Source: the human T2T-CHM13v2.0 reference genome, Homo sapiens. From it: a DNA stretch of 64,000 nucleotides. The notes beneath the pieces were generated by a model. It was not told where the DNA came from. It ran no database searches and saw only the letters and a program-made list of their open reading frames with translations. Positions 52,937-64,000 of this stretch are shown in pieces; within the stretch, counting starts at the first letter, position 1; the number at the start of each line of letters is the position of its first letter. Location: the NCBI RefSeq assembly GCF_009914755.1, contig NC_060940.1, one strand, 5' to 3'. A program made the translations under genes and the position numbers.

Positions 52937-54034
52937 AATTTGGACAAATATGACGTCATGCAAATATGAATATTTGCATTGTTCTGGCTTGTAGCCCCAC
53001 ACCTGCATAGCTGTAGGACCTCAATGTATTCTCCTTCCTGGCCTTTTATTCTGGTTATTTCTGGAAGACCTCAGGGCATCTGTCACATGAATTCACAAAT
53101 TCTTCTTCCATGTCCTCTCATTCTGGCCTCTTTAATTATTAACATTCCTGGGAAACTCTTGGAGGAAGGGCCTCCCCACTGCCCTCTGTGGGAAAAGTCC
53201 ATCTCCAGGATCCCCAAAGCCATGTACCCCTCAAGGTGCCAACAGACCCTATGACTGCTCTAGTGTTCTCTCTACCAGAACAAAGCCAAGCTGTACTCCA
53301 CTCAAAAATGGGGCCACCCTGCTGCTCAGCATAACAGTTTGCTATTAGGAAACAAAATAACAGTGCTTGAAAATACCTAAGTTGTCTGTGGTTTGTGAAT
53401 CTTTGAGTTGTGTATGTAGCTTTCTTTTCTCTGAACTATGGATCCATGGGGCTGGCCTAGGAAACCAATATTGTGTTCCTCTCTCTCTTTCTCCTGGTTC
53501 TGCCTCCCTCTCTAGGTGCTCATGCAGAAGTAGTCCTCCTCAGAGGCCCCCTTCCTCCCCAGGTATATCTGCTCTTGCAATAGAGAGGTAACTGGGAAAT
53601 CACGAGACTGTCAAGGCATCAAAACACAATCAGGGTCTGAATCCCAATTTAGGCTTAGCCAGGACACTTTGTCACATGTCCCTAGACAACCCCAACTGCA
53701 AGGCCAAACACCCTGAAAGTTGCAGTGGAGTAAAGCTCTCTTCACATTAATTTACCCTTGAGATGCACATTCAGAAGGAGACTTTTACACATAATTGCTA
53801 TAAACTTTAAAAACTAAGGGCCTTGTCAGAGACGTGTGCCAGTCATGAAAATACCAAGAAGGGATCTCTGTAAATCCGAGATTTGGTGATTCTCAAACTT
53901 GCTGAATCCATGATTTTTCTTTCGCTTAATGGGTGACTTTCAAATCCACTTACTCAAATCTTCACTTGAGTTGATGCCATCATTCTCAGTTGTGTTTGGG
54001 GAGTTTCAAATCTGCTTAGCTGCCAAGTTGCAGT

Positions 54035-54110
54035 TCTGCTATTTATTCATTCAACAAACAGGGTTGAGTATGTACTGTGTCAAGCACTGTGCTATATATA
54101 AAGTAATTCC
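54035..54110 (-). mobile_element. L2 3' end fragment
   Basis: atttattcattcaacaaaca...ttgagtatgtactgtgtcaagcactgtgcta. Confidence 0.75.
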
Positions 54111-55189
54111 AATTTGAAACACAAATTCGTAGTGATTATAACCACCATGGGATAGATGATGCATAGCATTCTATCAGGAAACAACCTGCCATGTTTTAAG
54201 GAATCCACGGCAAGAGGAGAACGTAAGACTGACACACATACAAAACAAAGATTCAAAGCTAACGGCTCAGTTTTTAATGGTAGGTGGAGAAAATCCCCTG
54301 AAAGCAGATGTGGCCTCTGTCTTTTTCCAAGAGGAAGCCCTTAAGGGTTACATGGCAAAAATAGGTTTCTGCTGAAGATTGTTGGACTGTATCATTCATT
54401 ATGGTATCTTCTGCTGACATGATAGAATTGAAACTCTATTTTATCAAAGTTGGAACTGAAGCATGGAATGGAATTAAGACTGTTTTATGTTTGTTCTGCA
54501 CTTACCAAATTCTATAAAGCCTTTGGAAGTGAAATTCACTCCTGGGTCAACCAGTCATGGCTAGAATACTCCCAGAACCTTATAGAAGCTCTGCAATGTC
54601 AGTGCTGACTCTAGGCCAAACATGGAACACGGAAGCCCAATACGCATGTTCAGGAAGCAGAAGAGTAGAAATAATCAAGTCTGTAGGGTGTGCTTCTTGA
54701 TTCACTCATGGATCTGACCCAATGTGGGTGGAATTGAACGTATGTTAATGAAGGCTTGAGTGACTAGAATGCTGGTGAAATGAGAGTATTCAGGAAAGTC
54801 AAAAGAAATGCTTCCTGTTTCTTCCATTTGGACCAGTCTAAAGAGACTCTGGACTAAGCCCTGTGAGTGCTTTAAAAGGAAGGTGGTGCCTCTGGATGCC
54901 AGTGGCATACTGAGGGATATGAAAAGCAATTAAGTGATGGCCTGTATCCTGGAAAGAGTCTGTCTGATATTTCTGAATTAAATGCTACTTTAGTTGTCAG
55001 AAAGACATTGTCATGCCCCAGCAAAGGCTTTGCAGATTAACCAATATGCAGGACCTTCATGCTGAGGAAGAATTGAATTCTGTTTTTCCAAGTAGGCAAG
55101 GAATACCAGGATAGCTGGGTCTCTCCATCTCAGGCAAAACAGACAATCTACATTCTTATGCTCTGGGGCAGTTCCTATCTGTGTCATGT

Positions 55190-55361
55190 CCTTGAGACAG
55201 CTAGTATAGGTACTTCTGAGAGCTGGTAAAAATTTTAGAAAAGTTGCAAGCCAACTGAAGGCACATTGGTACCTTGAAATAAACAACGTGTAGAGCATTT
55301 AAACCACAGAAATCGGCAGATGCTACAACTCGAGACTTTTTCCAAGACTAGCACATCACTG
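55190..55361 (+). mobile_element. MER63A-like hAT-Blackjack element
   Basis: cattggtaccttgaaat...gcatttaaaccacagaaatcggcagatgctacaa...tagcacatcactg. Confidence 0.75.
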
Positions 55362-56983
55362 CAAGTCCTTCTCTTCTGTGTGTGCGTATGAAGATCCTGG
55401 AGGTGGATCTGTGCATATCTGTCTGGGGGAGGGCTACAACTTCCAGGGTGACTGATTCAGAGCCTGTAATTCTGATTCATATGCATCCTTGCACACATGT
55501 ACAAGTGGAATCTGACCATCCACTCTGAAAGGGCCCCACAACTTATGTGCAGACACATTTGCAAAGCCTCTACAAATACATGCAAACTCTAGGACAATTT
55601 ACCCATATAAGATGTGAGTGTATAAATCACAGATTGGCCCAAGCACGCTTATAAGAATAGCACAAAATTCATATATTAGTTCATACCTAGCTCTGCAAGC
55701 AGGACTGTTCTATATTTGGCAGATAAGTTTAAATCCATCTGCATTTCATTTTTTCTGGGATCATAACAGAGCTTAATTTTCTCCCTTATCCATTTTTAGA
55801 TGGTAGGAAATCTATGCCTTTTGGATTTTCATCCCCAAGAACCACCTTCAAAAGAAAGAAATGGAAAAGCATAAAATCAAGGTCGGGAAGATTAAGCCCC
55901 TTAATTCACATGTCAAACTTGCCATTTCAATTGTGGTTTTGTCTCCCAGCTGAAGTTTGTCTTTTTGTGACATTTGCATTAAGCCCAGGGGACATTTTGA
56001 GTGGAAAAGCGCTGAAAGCATAATTGAAACTCTGAGTGTTGCCTTTTGTCTAATTTGCAATTTCCCCCAGGTGGGGTGTTTTCACTACCCCCCGACTCCA
56101 CCCCGCCCTCCCAGGGTGTTCTAAGATTATCTCAAAGAATGATGTTATGCAATTTATTCCAATAAATCTCCATGTACAGTATCTTATATGTGTATATTTT
56201 TTGCCTTCCAGAAGTTATTTCAAATCCGTGAGAAACTATGTAGGGAAGTCATTCATAGGTTCAGAAGAGTACAGATAGTTCATTTCCCCTTTCAGATAGA
56301 GGTTTTGAGTATTTGTTCACAAGTTTAATTGTTTAGTCACATCTTTCAGTTATCCACATGGTGTCATTCTGAGCCACCCAGGAAGTTGTCTCTATAGAAA
56401 CAAGCATTTTTTAAATGGACATAAACTGTTCAGTTTTGTCCTTAAATATGTCTTTGAACTCTGTGCTCAATTCACATATGGTCTTGATATCTACTTAAAA
56501 GTTTGAGAATCACTGACACTTTGGTGGCATCAACAAAGTCAATAACATGAAACACAATGCAGGGCTGATGTCATCACATGCACCCTTTAATAGGAAATTT
56601 AGGATATGATTATAATTGGTGAGAATGTAGAGTCTGTTTTCTCCAGGAGAAAGAAGAAAACGTAAAAGAAAATGTTGTGGCTTGTTTTTCTTTTGAGTCA
56701 ATGTCTTCCTGTTTATCAGAGCTGTCCTTTAGATATTGCCAAAGCTATGGCAACAGGAGCAATTTAGATTTTGCCCTTTCTAGAATTTCTGTTTTTATCA
56801 AGACTTCATTATTTATATTAAATAAATTATTTCTTATCTGATATTTGGATATCATAGCCTTCCTGGATTATATACCTGAGTAGAGTGGATGCAGGCATGA
56901 ATTTGTCTAACTGAGGGTTGGATGGCAAGGAATGTAGTACCAGCCAGCATTTCCAGAGGGTACAACAAACGTCACTGTGGAGG

Positions 56984-57028
56984 TTTTAGTGGATACAAGG
57001 ACAAACTTTTTTAGTGGATACAAGGACA
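56984..57028. repeat. Perfect 20-bp direct duplication ttttagtggatacaaggaca
   Basis: Copies at 56984-57003 and 57009-57028 with a 5-nt spacer. Confidence 0.92.
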
Positions 57029-57261
57029 CACTTACTTCTTTTGAATTTGGCTCTTTAGATTTATTTTAATATTTATTTGAAAAAATACCTGGCATATTCA
57101 ACAGGTATTATAAATACTACATTCAAATAATTTTATAATTTAAAGGGTCAGTCAGTTAAAAAATATTAAGTAAATAATCGATGTGGTATGAGAGGTGGCA
57201 ATGAAATTGTGAGTCTGGAAGCTGAATGACTAAAGGAAAGAACACATTCATCTAGAAAGAC

Positions 57262-57480
57262 TGGCATAGCCCTCAGGAGTGTGGGCTCTAGAACCAGAAA
57301 CCACACTCCCGAGTTTGGATTTGACCTCGGTTCATATAATGACTTCGTGGCCTCGGATAACTCATGCAACCTCACTAAGTCTCAGTTTCCACAGAACACC
57401 AAAAGTTCCTACCTCAAATTGATGATGTGAAGAAGACGACATGAAGATTTATTGCAATCATTAGTGTAAAGCTCACAGTG
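57262..57480 (+). mobile_element. MIR
   Basis: ggagtgtgggctctagaaccaga...gtggcctcggataactcatgcaacctcactaagtctcagtttcc. Confidence 0.8.
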
Positions 57481-58065
57481 TAATGTAATGTCATTACTTT
57501 AGGAAAACTCTTGCCTTACATTTGTACGAAGTTGTCTTCACCAACAATCCGTTTGGAGAATATCGAACAAAACTTTGTTGATTCTATTTTGAGCAGGGCT
57601 CTGTAATTTCACTCCTTTAATATCGTTTTTCCTTCACAACTGTTCACATGAAGTACGTAGGGCTTCACCAAAACAAGTGAAGGGATTCAACAATGGGCAA
57701 GCCTGAATCAGAATCATCAGCCCCACCCCTTTAACCCTAGCAGTGATGCCTGTAGTAACCATTTCCATGGCAACAGCCTGAGACTAGCAAGGTACCTGAC
57801 TAGAAGGAATGACAGAGGAGGAGGTAGAAAAATCAGCTGGAAGAAGGAAGCTGTGTAGGAAAAGGAAAAGGTAGCTTCCTTAGTGCCCAGAATTATGGCA
57901 ATAATGGTGATCATTCTCATTCATGGAGCAACAAGCTCTGTCCTAAGTGCTTTCTGTGTGTAGGCATGCATTATCTTGTTTACACATGCCATAAGGATTA
58001 TAGTACCTTTCAGGAGGATGCCCACTCTATGGATAAAGATGTCGAGGATTAAAGAATATAGGTGG

Positions 58066-58426
58066 TATATTAGTCCATTCTCATGCTACTAATAAAGACA
58101 TACCTGGGACAGGGTAATTTATAAAGAAAAGAGGTGTAATTGACTCACAGTTCAGCATGGCTGGGGAGGCCTCAGGAAACTTACAATCTTGGCAGAAGGG
58201 AAAGCAAACACATCCTTCTTCACATGGCAGCAGCAAGGAGAAATGCAGAGAGAAGGGGAAGAATGCCCATCAGATCTCGCCAGAACTCACTGTCACAAGA
58301 ATAGCATGGAGGTAACCACTCCTGTGATTAAATTACCTCCCATCGGCTTCCTCCCATGACACACGGGAGTTATAGGAACTACAATTCAAGATGAGATTTT
58401 GGTGGGGACACAGCCAAACCATATCA
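58066..58426 (-). mobile_element. THE1C solo LTR
   Basis: tattagtccattctcatgctactaataaagacatacc...ggaactacaattcaagatgag...acacagccaaaccatatca. Perfect TSD ggtgg (58061-58065; 58427-58431). Confidence 0.93.
58325..58335 (-). promoter_or_regulatory. DUX4 motif TAATTTAATCA in THE1C LTR
   Basis: tgattaaatta on + at the canonical THE1 DUX4 site position. Motif match only. Confidence 0.55.
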
Positions 58427-58631
58427 GGTGGTTTGCCCAACGTCACAGGGCTCCTACACACAAGCCAGGATTAGAAAAGGGCTTAGAAACCTACCCTTAA
58501 AACTTCCCTTTCTTGGGGCACGGAAATAACAGTTGCTGGCATGCCAGTCCCCAACCTCTACTCTTTTCCAGGAATGGCTGGGAAATGTGGAGACCTGGCA
58601 CCTTGACAAAGAGTTTATAATGTAAGGTCCT

Positions 58632-58812
58632 GGTTCCTGGCTCTGTCTGCATTAGATTAATCAGGGGGAGCTTTTAAGAGATACTAGTGCACACAGACCC
58701 CAACTCAGCACAGTTGTATCATAATCTTGGGAGAGAGTGGGGGCAGGTATTGCTATTCTTTTTAATGCTCCTTCAGCATTTCTTAGATGGCCAGCCTTGA
58801 GAAAGAACCATG
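58632..58812 (+). mobile_element. MER5A-like
   Basis: ctgcattagattaatcagggggagcttttaa...gccagccttgagaaagaaccatg. Confidence 0.65.
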
Positions 58813-59094
58813 GCCTAAAGCACCTACTCCTGAGTTGGTAAGTGGTATCAAAAATATACAAAGACCCAATTATGCAACTGTTAGCTATTTGATTTAGAAA
58901 GTATTGAGTGCCGGTGATGTGCCAGGTCCTGAAACTGCAGTTGTTCTCAGTGTGACCTCACTTGGTACCTCTGATGATCCCAAAGGGGTTTGTGAGATGC
59001 CCAAGGGGGCCATGTTGGGGCAACTGTCCTTTCTCCACTTGCCCATCTATTCCTAGGAAGCAGATGTGCCCAGAGCTTGGGCTGTAGAGGCAGA

Positions 59095-59560
59095 ATGAAC
59101 AGATCAGAGAAGGTTCTCGCTCTAGGCCTTTCTGGATATGGGACCACGAGCTAGTCAGTCAATCTCTCTGAGACTCAGTCTCTTCTCCTGTAAAATATAA
59201 TATGATGCTTATATATTTATAGACTGTGCATTCTCATTGGGGCTATATTTCCCCCACAGGGGTGAAATAGGTTCGAGGGTGGGGGGACAAAAACTGCACT
59301 TACAAATGTAAAGTATAGATATACTTGTAGTACCTAAACAGATATAAGTATATCTGTGATATTAAAATTTTACAGGAATAGTGGCAATTAGAAAAAAATA
59401 CTTAAAAGAGCCCTTAGGGGAGTAGATAATGAAAAAAACAAAAGTTAAGCAACCCTGCTATAGAATTGCTATGAGGCTAAAAGGAGGTATGGACTTGTAC
59501 AGTCCTTTGCATAGAGCGTAGCACTCAGGGACCACTCAATAAATAGTAGTGCCATGACTG
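59095..59560 (+). mobile_element. MIR split by a MER112-like element
   Basis: aatctctctgagactcagtctcttctcctgtaaaat before; tagaattgctatgagg...cactcaataaatagtag after. Confidence 0.7.
59224..59457. mobile_element. MER112-like hAT-Charlie element
   Basis: gtgcattctcattggggctatatttcccc...aacagatataagtatatctgtgatattaaaattt...ccttaggggagtagataatgaaaaaa. Confidence 0.7.
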
Positions 59561-59989
59561 TTGTCTGTCCAAGCATCACTTCATTCAAAATGCACACACT
59601 GATTCCAACCATTCTTTGGGGCTATGCAAGTTTTACTGGCATCTTTGGGACAGATAAGGCACCACCTCTGACTTCACCAATGAGCTAGGTCAGAGCTAAG
59701 CAGAGCGGCTGAGTGCCATTCTAAATGGATACACACGGGGTCCAGGGGCCAAGGGGAGAGCATAGCTGAGTTCTTCATTTCCTTGTACTCCCTGCTGCTG
59801 GGTTCAATGAAATCAAGAGGTCACTACGGGCCTCTTATCCCAATTCACAGCCTTGTCGGCAGCCTCTTGCTCACAGCACAGAAGGGAGACCCCCCCCCGC
59901 CACCGCCCCGCCTCCAATCCTCTACCATTACTAAATCATCATTTTGCTCTGGAGAGTAACTGAGCAAAGTGGAATTATTACTGATGGCC

Positions 59990-60430
59990 TCCCATGTGGA
60001 AAAACATGCTGTTCATTGCTGAAGATGTAAAGATGAATGAAAGAACAAGACTCAATTTCTGCTCTTGGTTCTGGTGCAAAAAACAAATACATAATATGGA
60101 CAGATTGATATAATATAAAAGGTTCTATGGGAAGGAAATTCTGGAACACAAAGAGAATGCTTGAAGAAGTTGCTTGAGTTGAATCTTGAAGAGTAAGCAA
60201 GAGTTAACAGGGTGAAGAAGGTGAGAAATGCCTTCTGCAGAGAGGGAGCACTATACACAAAGGGTGGGACAGTAGAGTAGGGAGATGCAAGAGTGGGTGA
60301 GGTGTGAGGTATGCAGTGAAGACAAAGGCAGAGGGGAGGCTGATGGACAGCCTAGTCATGGAGGACCTTGAGTGCTAAGTATTGTTTTGCAATGAAGATC
60401 CATAATTATATGAGACTCAGGTGGAGAAAA
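59990..60430 (-). mobile_element. L2
   Basis: aagatgaatgaaaga...gcttgagttgaatcttgaagagtaag...tgcagagagggagcac. Confidence 0.7.
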
Positions 60431-60599
60431 GCTGGTCTTATAGTTGCAACAGGAGAATCCAAGGCTTCCTCCAGGGAGCAGAGCTGTGTGGCCCCCAGTA
60501 CCCCACATTGCCTGGGCTTAGCTTATCTCCATTCTAACTTCCTTCAATTCTCCCTTGCTGTCTGTGCCAATCTAACTGCTTACATCCAGTTCTGTAGAT

Positions 60600-60790
60600 G
60601 CCGCAGGACTTTGCATATGTTATGGTTTTCTCTGCCTAAGTAATAGGTCCCCAATTATTTATAAGAGTAGTAAATTGATGTCTGTCTTCCACATTAGACT
60701 TCAAACTAGGGACTGTGCCTGTCTTTGTTCAACATTATAACCTCAGCATCTAGCATAATGTAGGTTCTCAGTAAATATTTATGGTAGGAA
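60600..60790 (+). mobile_element. L2 3' end
   Basis: ggactttgcatatg...tgtctgtcttccacattagact...gggactgtgcctgtctttgttca...ctcagtaaatattt. Confidence 0.75.
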
Positions 60791-61308
60791 GAAAGGGTGG
60801 GAAGAAGAAACTTAGCTGGGAATCCAGAACCCCCACAAACTTTCATATGCCTTTTCCTCTACCCCATTCACTCCCCAGCTGAGACTGTCTTCTGTGATCC
60901 TGTTCGAGGGTTAAGTCTGGAACCTCATGCTGGCGATTGAAGCAGTCATTTCCTGTGAGGCCTTGTCATTTGAGTAATTTGCCTCCAGTGGATGAATACT
61001 AATTGATGATAACAGTGAAAGCAACCTTGGTGTCACTTCTTCATAGTTCACTTCCAAAAACTGAAACTAAGCATGTTCAATTCATCTGGGCTACCAACAT
61101 GGTTAGAGAAAGTGAGCAAGTGTCTGAGAACCGCAGGGTCCTGAGAGTCCACTTGTGTGTCCATGCAAAGATGGCTCTAAAGCTGACTTAACCACGGAAA
61201 GCCTTAGAACCTTTGCAGAGCGATCAAAAGGCACCGCAGCGTGCAGTGCTCTTCAGGACTGGGCAGGAACATGAAAACAGGACTGAGCAGGGCAATCACA
61301 GCTCTCTA

Positions 61309-61637
61309 CAGTAGTCCCTGCTTGTCCTCAGGGGATGTGTCACAAGACCTACGTAGATACCTCAGTCCGTGGATACTACCCAACCCTATATATGCTAATT
61401 TGTCCTATACATACATAGCTATGTTAAAGTTTAATTTACAAATTGGGCACAGTAAAATATTAACAACAATAACTAATGATAAAATAGAACAATTATAACA
61501 ATAATGAAAATGGCACACAATTTGAAACTTATGAATTGTTTATTTCTGGAATTTCCCATTTAATATTTTCAGACCTGTGTTGACCATGGGTATCTGGAAT
61601 TGAAGAAAGCCAAGCCATGGAGATGGGGGAACTACTG
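61309..61637 (-). mobile_element. MER44 (Tigger7-derived) element
   Basis: TIRs cagtagtccc.../...gggaactactg with TA TSDs (61307-61308; 61638-61639); aaacttatgaattgtttatttctggaattt. Confidence 0.9.
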
Positions 61638-61704
61638 TATTCAGGTTTTGATAGGATTTCAGAAGGGTTGTATTCTCCATGGGGTATTGTCTTTATTGAA
61701 AATG

Positions 61705-61975
61705 TGCAGTGGTGACAGGCAAATGGTCCAGGGTTCAAATCCTGGCTCATCATTTACAACCTGTGTGTACTGGGCACCAACTTTGCACTCCATGAGCCTC
61801 AGTTTCCTTATCTAGAAACTGTAGGAGAAGGGGATCAAAATAGTACTTTATTTGTTGTCATTGTAAAGATTAACTAAGGTGATGTGTGCAAAGTGTGTAG
61901 CACCTACCCTTGAATGTGGAAAGTGCTCAATCTGCATTATCCACTATTATTATCAGTTAATATGATTATTATCAC
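61705..61975 (+). mobile_element. MIR
   Basis: gggttcaaatcctggctc...gagcctcagtttccttatct...gtgcaaagtgtgtagcac...aagtgctcaat. Confidence 0.85.
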
Positions 61976-62010
61976 CCTAAGTATCATCTTCCCAGAGTAG
62001 AAATATCAGT

Positions 62011-62120
62011 TTAGATTTTCAGATATTTATATGGCTTTCACAGTGTGCTAGGACCTATGTAGATGAGCTTAGATTCTCAGATATTTATTTGGCTTTAACA
62101 GTGTGCTAGGATCTATGTAG
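62011..62120. repeat. Tandem duplication, 58-bp period
   Basis: 62011-62062 and 62069-62120 align over 52 bp with 4 mismatches. Confidence 0.92.
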
Positions 62121-62675
62121 CTGTTGTTACCAAAAGATGTACACAAGAAAGTTCCTAGCAACAATATTTGGAGCCCCAAAGTGGAAATAGTCCAGATACC
62201 AGTTGAGAGTAGGATAGATAAAGAGACTCAATACAGCCACATAATGGAATACTCTATGATGATTAAGATAAAGATAAATATAGTAACCTGGATACTATAC
62301 AGTGATCAGTGATTATTGTTATAGTGATTAGAATAAACTACCACAACTCACAGCCACATGATGAATCTCGTGGCATGTAATGTCGAATGAAGAAGCCAAA
62401 TAGGAGAGAGTGCATACTGTATGACCACATTAGATGCCATGCAAATGCAGGTAAAACCAATCTGTGGTATTAGAGGCTAGAATAACGTAGCCTCTGGGGA
62501 AGAGGTTAGGAATTTTACTCAGGAAGGGAGGGGACTGGTAATGTGTCATGTTATGGCCTGGTTGCTGGACAGTTGGTTGTGCTTACTTTGTAAAAATTCA
62601 TTGGGTTGTATGTTCTGATTTATGTGCTTATATGTGTCTACATTATGCTTCAATTAAAGGTTTACTAAACAAATA
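62121..62675 (+). mobile_element. L1ME3-like 3' end
   Basis: ataatggaatactct...gatgaatctc...tgcatactgtatga...ggtaaaaccaatctgtggtattagagg...actttgtaaaaattcatt...cttcaattaaa. Confidence 0.8.
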
Positions 62676-63163
62676 AGCCTGTTCAGCAGAGACCAAAAAG
62701 CACGTAGTACAATTCTATGCTTACCCACAAGGGGCCTCAAAGTTTACAGGAGGAGGCAGACAGGCAAATGCATGCACAGATAATGAGTTGTGATACCCAT
62801 AATAATAGAATTGTGTACCACATGCAGAATCACCATTGAGGGGAGCATGATCAGCCGTCACAGCCTCTGCTTGTGTCAATGCCCTGTGCTCCATTTGTTC
62901 ATGCAGGGGGCCCATCTTCCCTATTCCTTCCCACACATGAATAAGGTATTCCATGGCAGGAACTTTGCTCACATCTGTCCACTCTCCATATCAGCACCAC
63001 TGCCTTCATTTTGTACAGCCATCTTTGATGCAACACTGAACTCGTTGGAACTGGGTCTCTTGGCCTCTCTTCCTGCCCTTCTTTAAATCACTTGCTATAA
63101 CCCAGATCTGCCAAATTATAATCATTGTATTGGGTCCTCTGGATTCTTAAAAAGTACCCTGTG

Positions 63164-63448
<285 letters not shown>

Positions 63449-63837
63449 GCACCCTGTGTGATTCTGATGCACCCCAATCCTTGAGAAGCACTCCTCTTCA
63501 CTGGAAGCAGAGCACACACCTGATCTTGACTCTCTCCACACAACAAATCGTCCAGGGCTACCAGAAAGCACCATAACTTACTGGCTTTTCCCAACTTGTT
63601 TCCCAGAGACATTTTCAGCCTCATTTCCACCCTTCCCTTCTAGATCCCCACCATTCTAGATTCCCACCATCCCTGCCCCGTTTTAAGTTTGCCTCTATTC
63701 ACCTAAAAACATATGGACTATTCCATATGGACTGAGCATGAAAGAAATATAGTTCCTCAAAGTAAATTAAGGAGCTGTTTTCAGAGGAAAGGAAATGGAT
63801 GGTGGATAGGCAAGAAAATGTGGCCCACTAGAATTCT

Positions 63838-64000
63838 ATATGGTGCTGCATATTGTGCTGTATACATATATGGTGCATGCGTATGTGTACATATGTGTAC
63901 ATGTATACATTACATGCACATATACCATATGTGTGTATATGGTGCTGTAGGTATATACATGCGCATGTATACACCATATACATGCGCATGTATACACCAT
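63838..64000. repeat. RY-rich (CA/TA/TG) repeat with a 23-bp unit, runs off the window end
   Basis: atacatgcgcatgtatacaccat repeated at 63955-63977 and 63978-64000. Confidence 0.9.

Larger units (their letters stand above)
57900..58480 (-). mobile_element. MIR interrupted by THE1C
   Basis: ctgtcctaagtgctttct...cccactctatggataaagatgtcgagg|LTR|tttgcccaacgtcacag. Confidence 0.7.

Noticed and set aside
55440-55700. tgca/caca-rich stretch that might be an ancient amniote repeat
   Set aside because: I could not match it to a consensus I trust. It needs a Dfam nhmmer search.
59339-59358. acagatata-ag-tatatctgt hairpin
   Set aside because: It appears to be inherited from the MER112-like consensus.

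Overview
This is human non-coding genomic DNA. The species call rests on a human-specific AluYb8 at 3146-3428. It looks like intergenic or deep-intronic sequence, and I cannot name the locus. I found no credible protein-coding exon, RNA gene, CpG island or CRISPR-like array. The ORFs in the track come from Alu, LTR or simple repeats or are chance ORFs, and the only one with coding ancestry is a decayed MaLR ORF inside a THE1C provirus. Much of the window is interspersed repeat: about 14 Alus, many MIR and L2 relics, several old L1 3' ends, one full THE1C element (LTR-int-LTR), solo THE1C/MSTA/MLT1/LTR16/LTR33 LTRs, and DNA-transposon fossils (Tigger3b, MER44, MER20, MER58A, MER5, MER63, MER112, MADE1). 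Subfamily names come from recalled consensus motifs, and edges of old repeats are approximate. The most notable structure is at 2232-3442. An apparent L1PA7/8-mediated 3' transduction of about 440 bp, carrying a MER20, is inserted into an L2 and bounded by an 11-bp TSD. Much later an AluYb8 inserted at the same endonuclease nick. Other points of interest are an intact DUX4 motif in a solo THE1C LTR, a CRE fused to a palindromic double octamer, perfect palindromes inside ancient MIRs, long unstable simple repeats and several repeat-free motif-rich candidate enhancers. I cannot support a new multi-gene biological system from this sequence.
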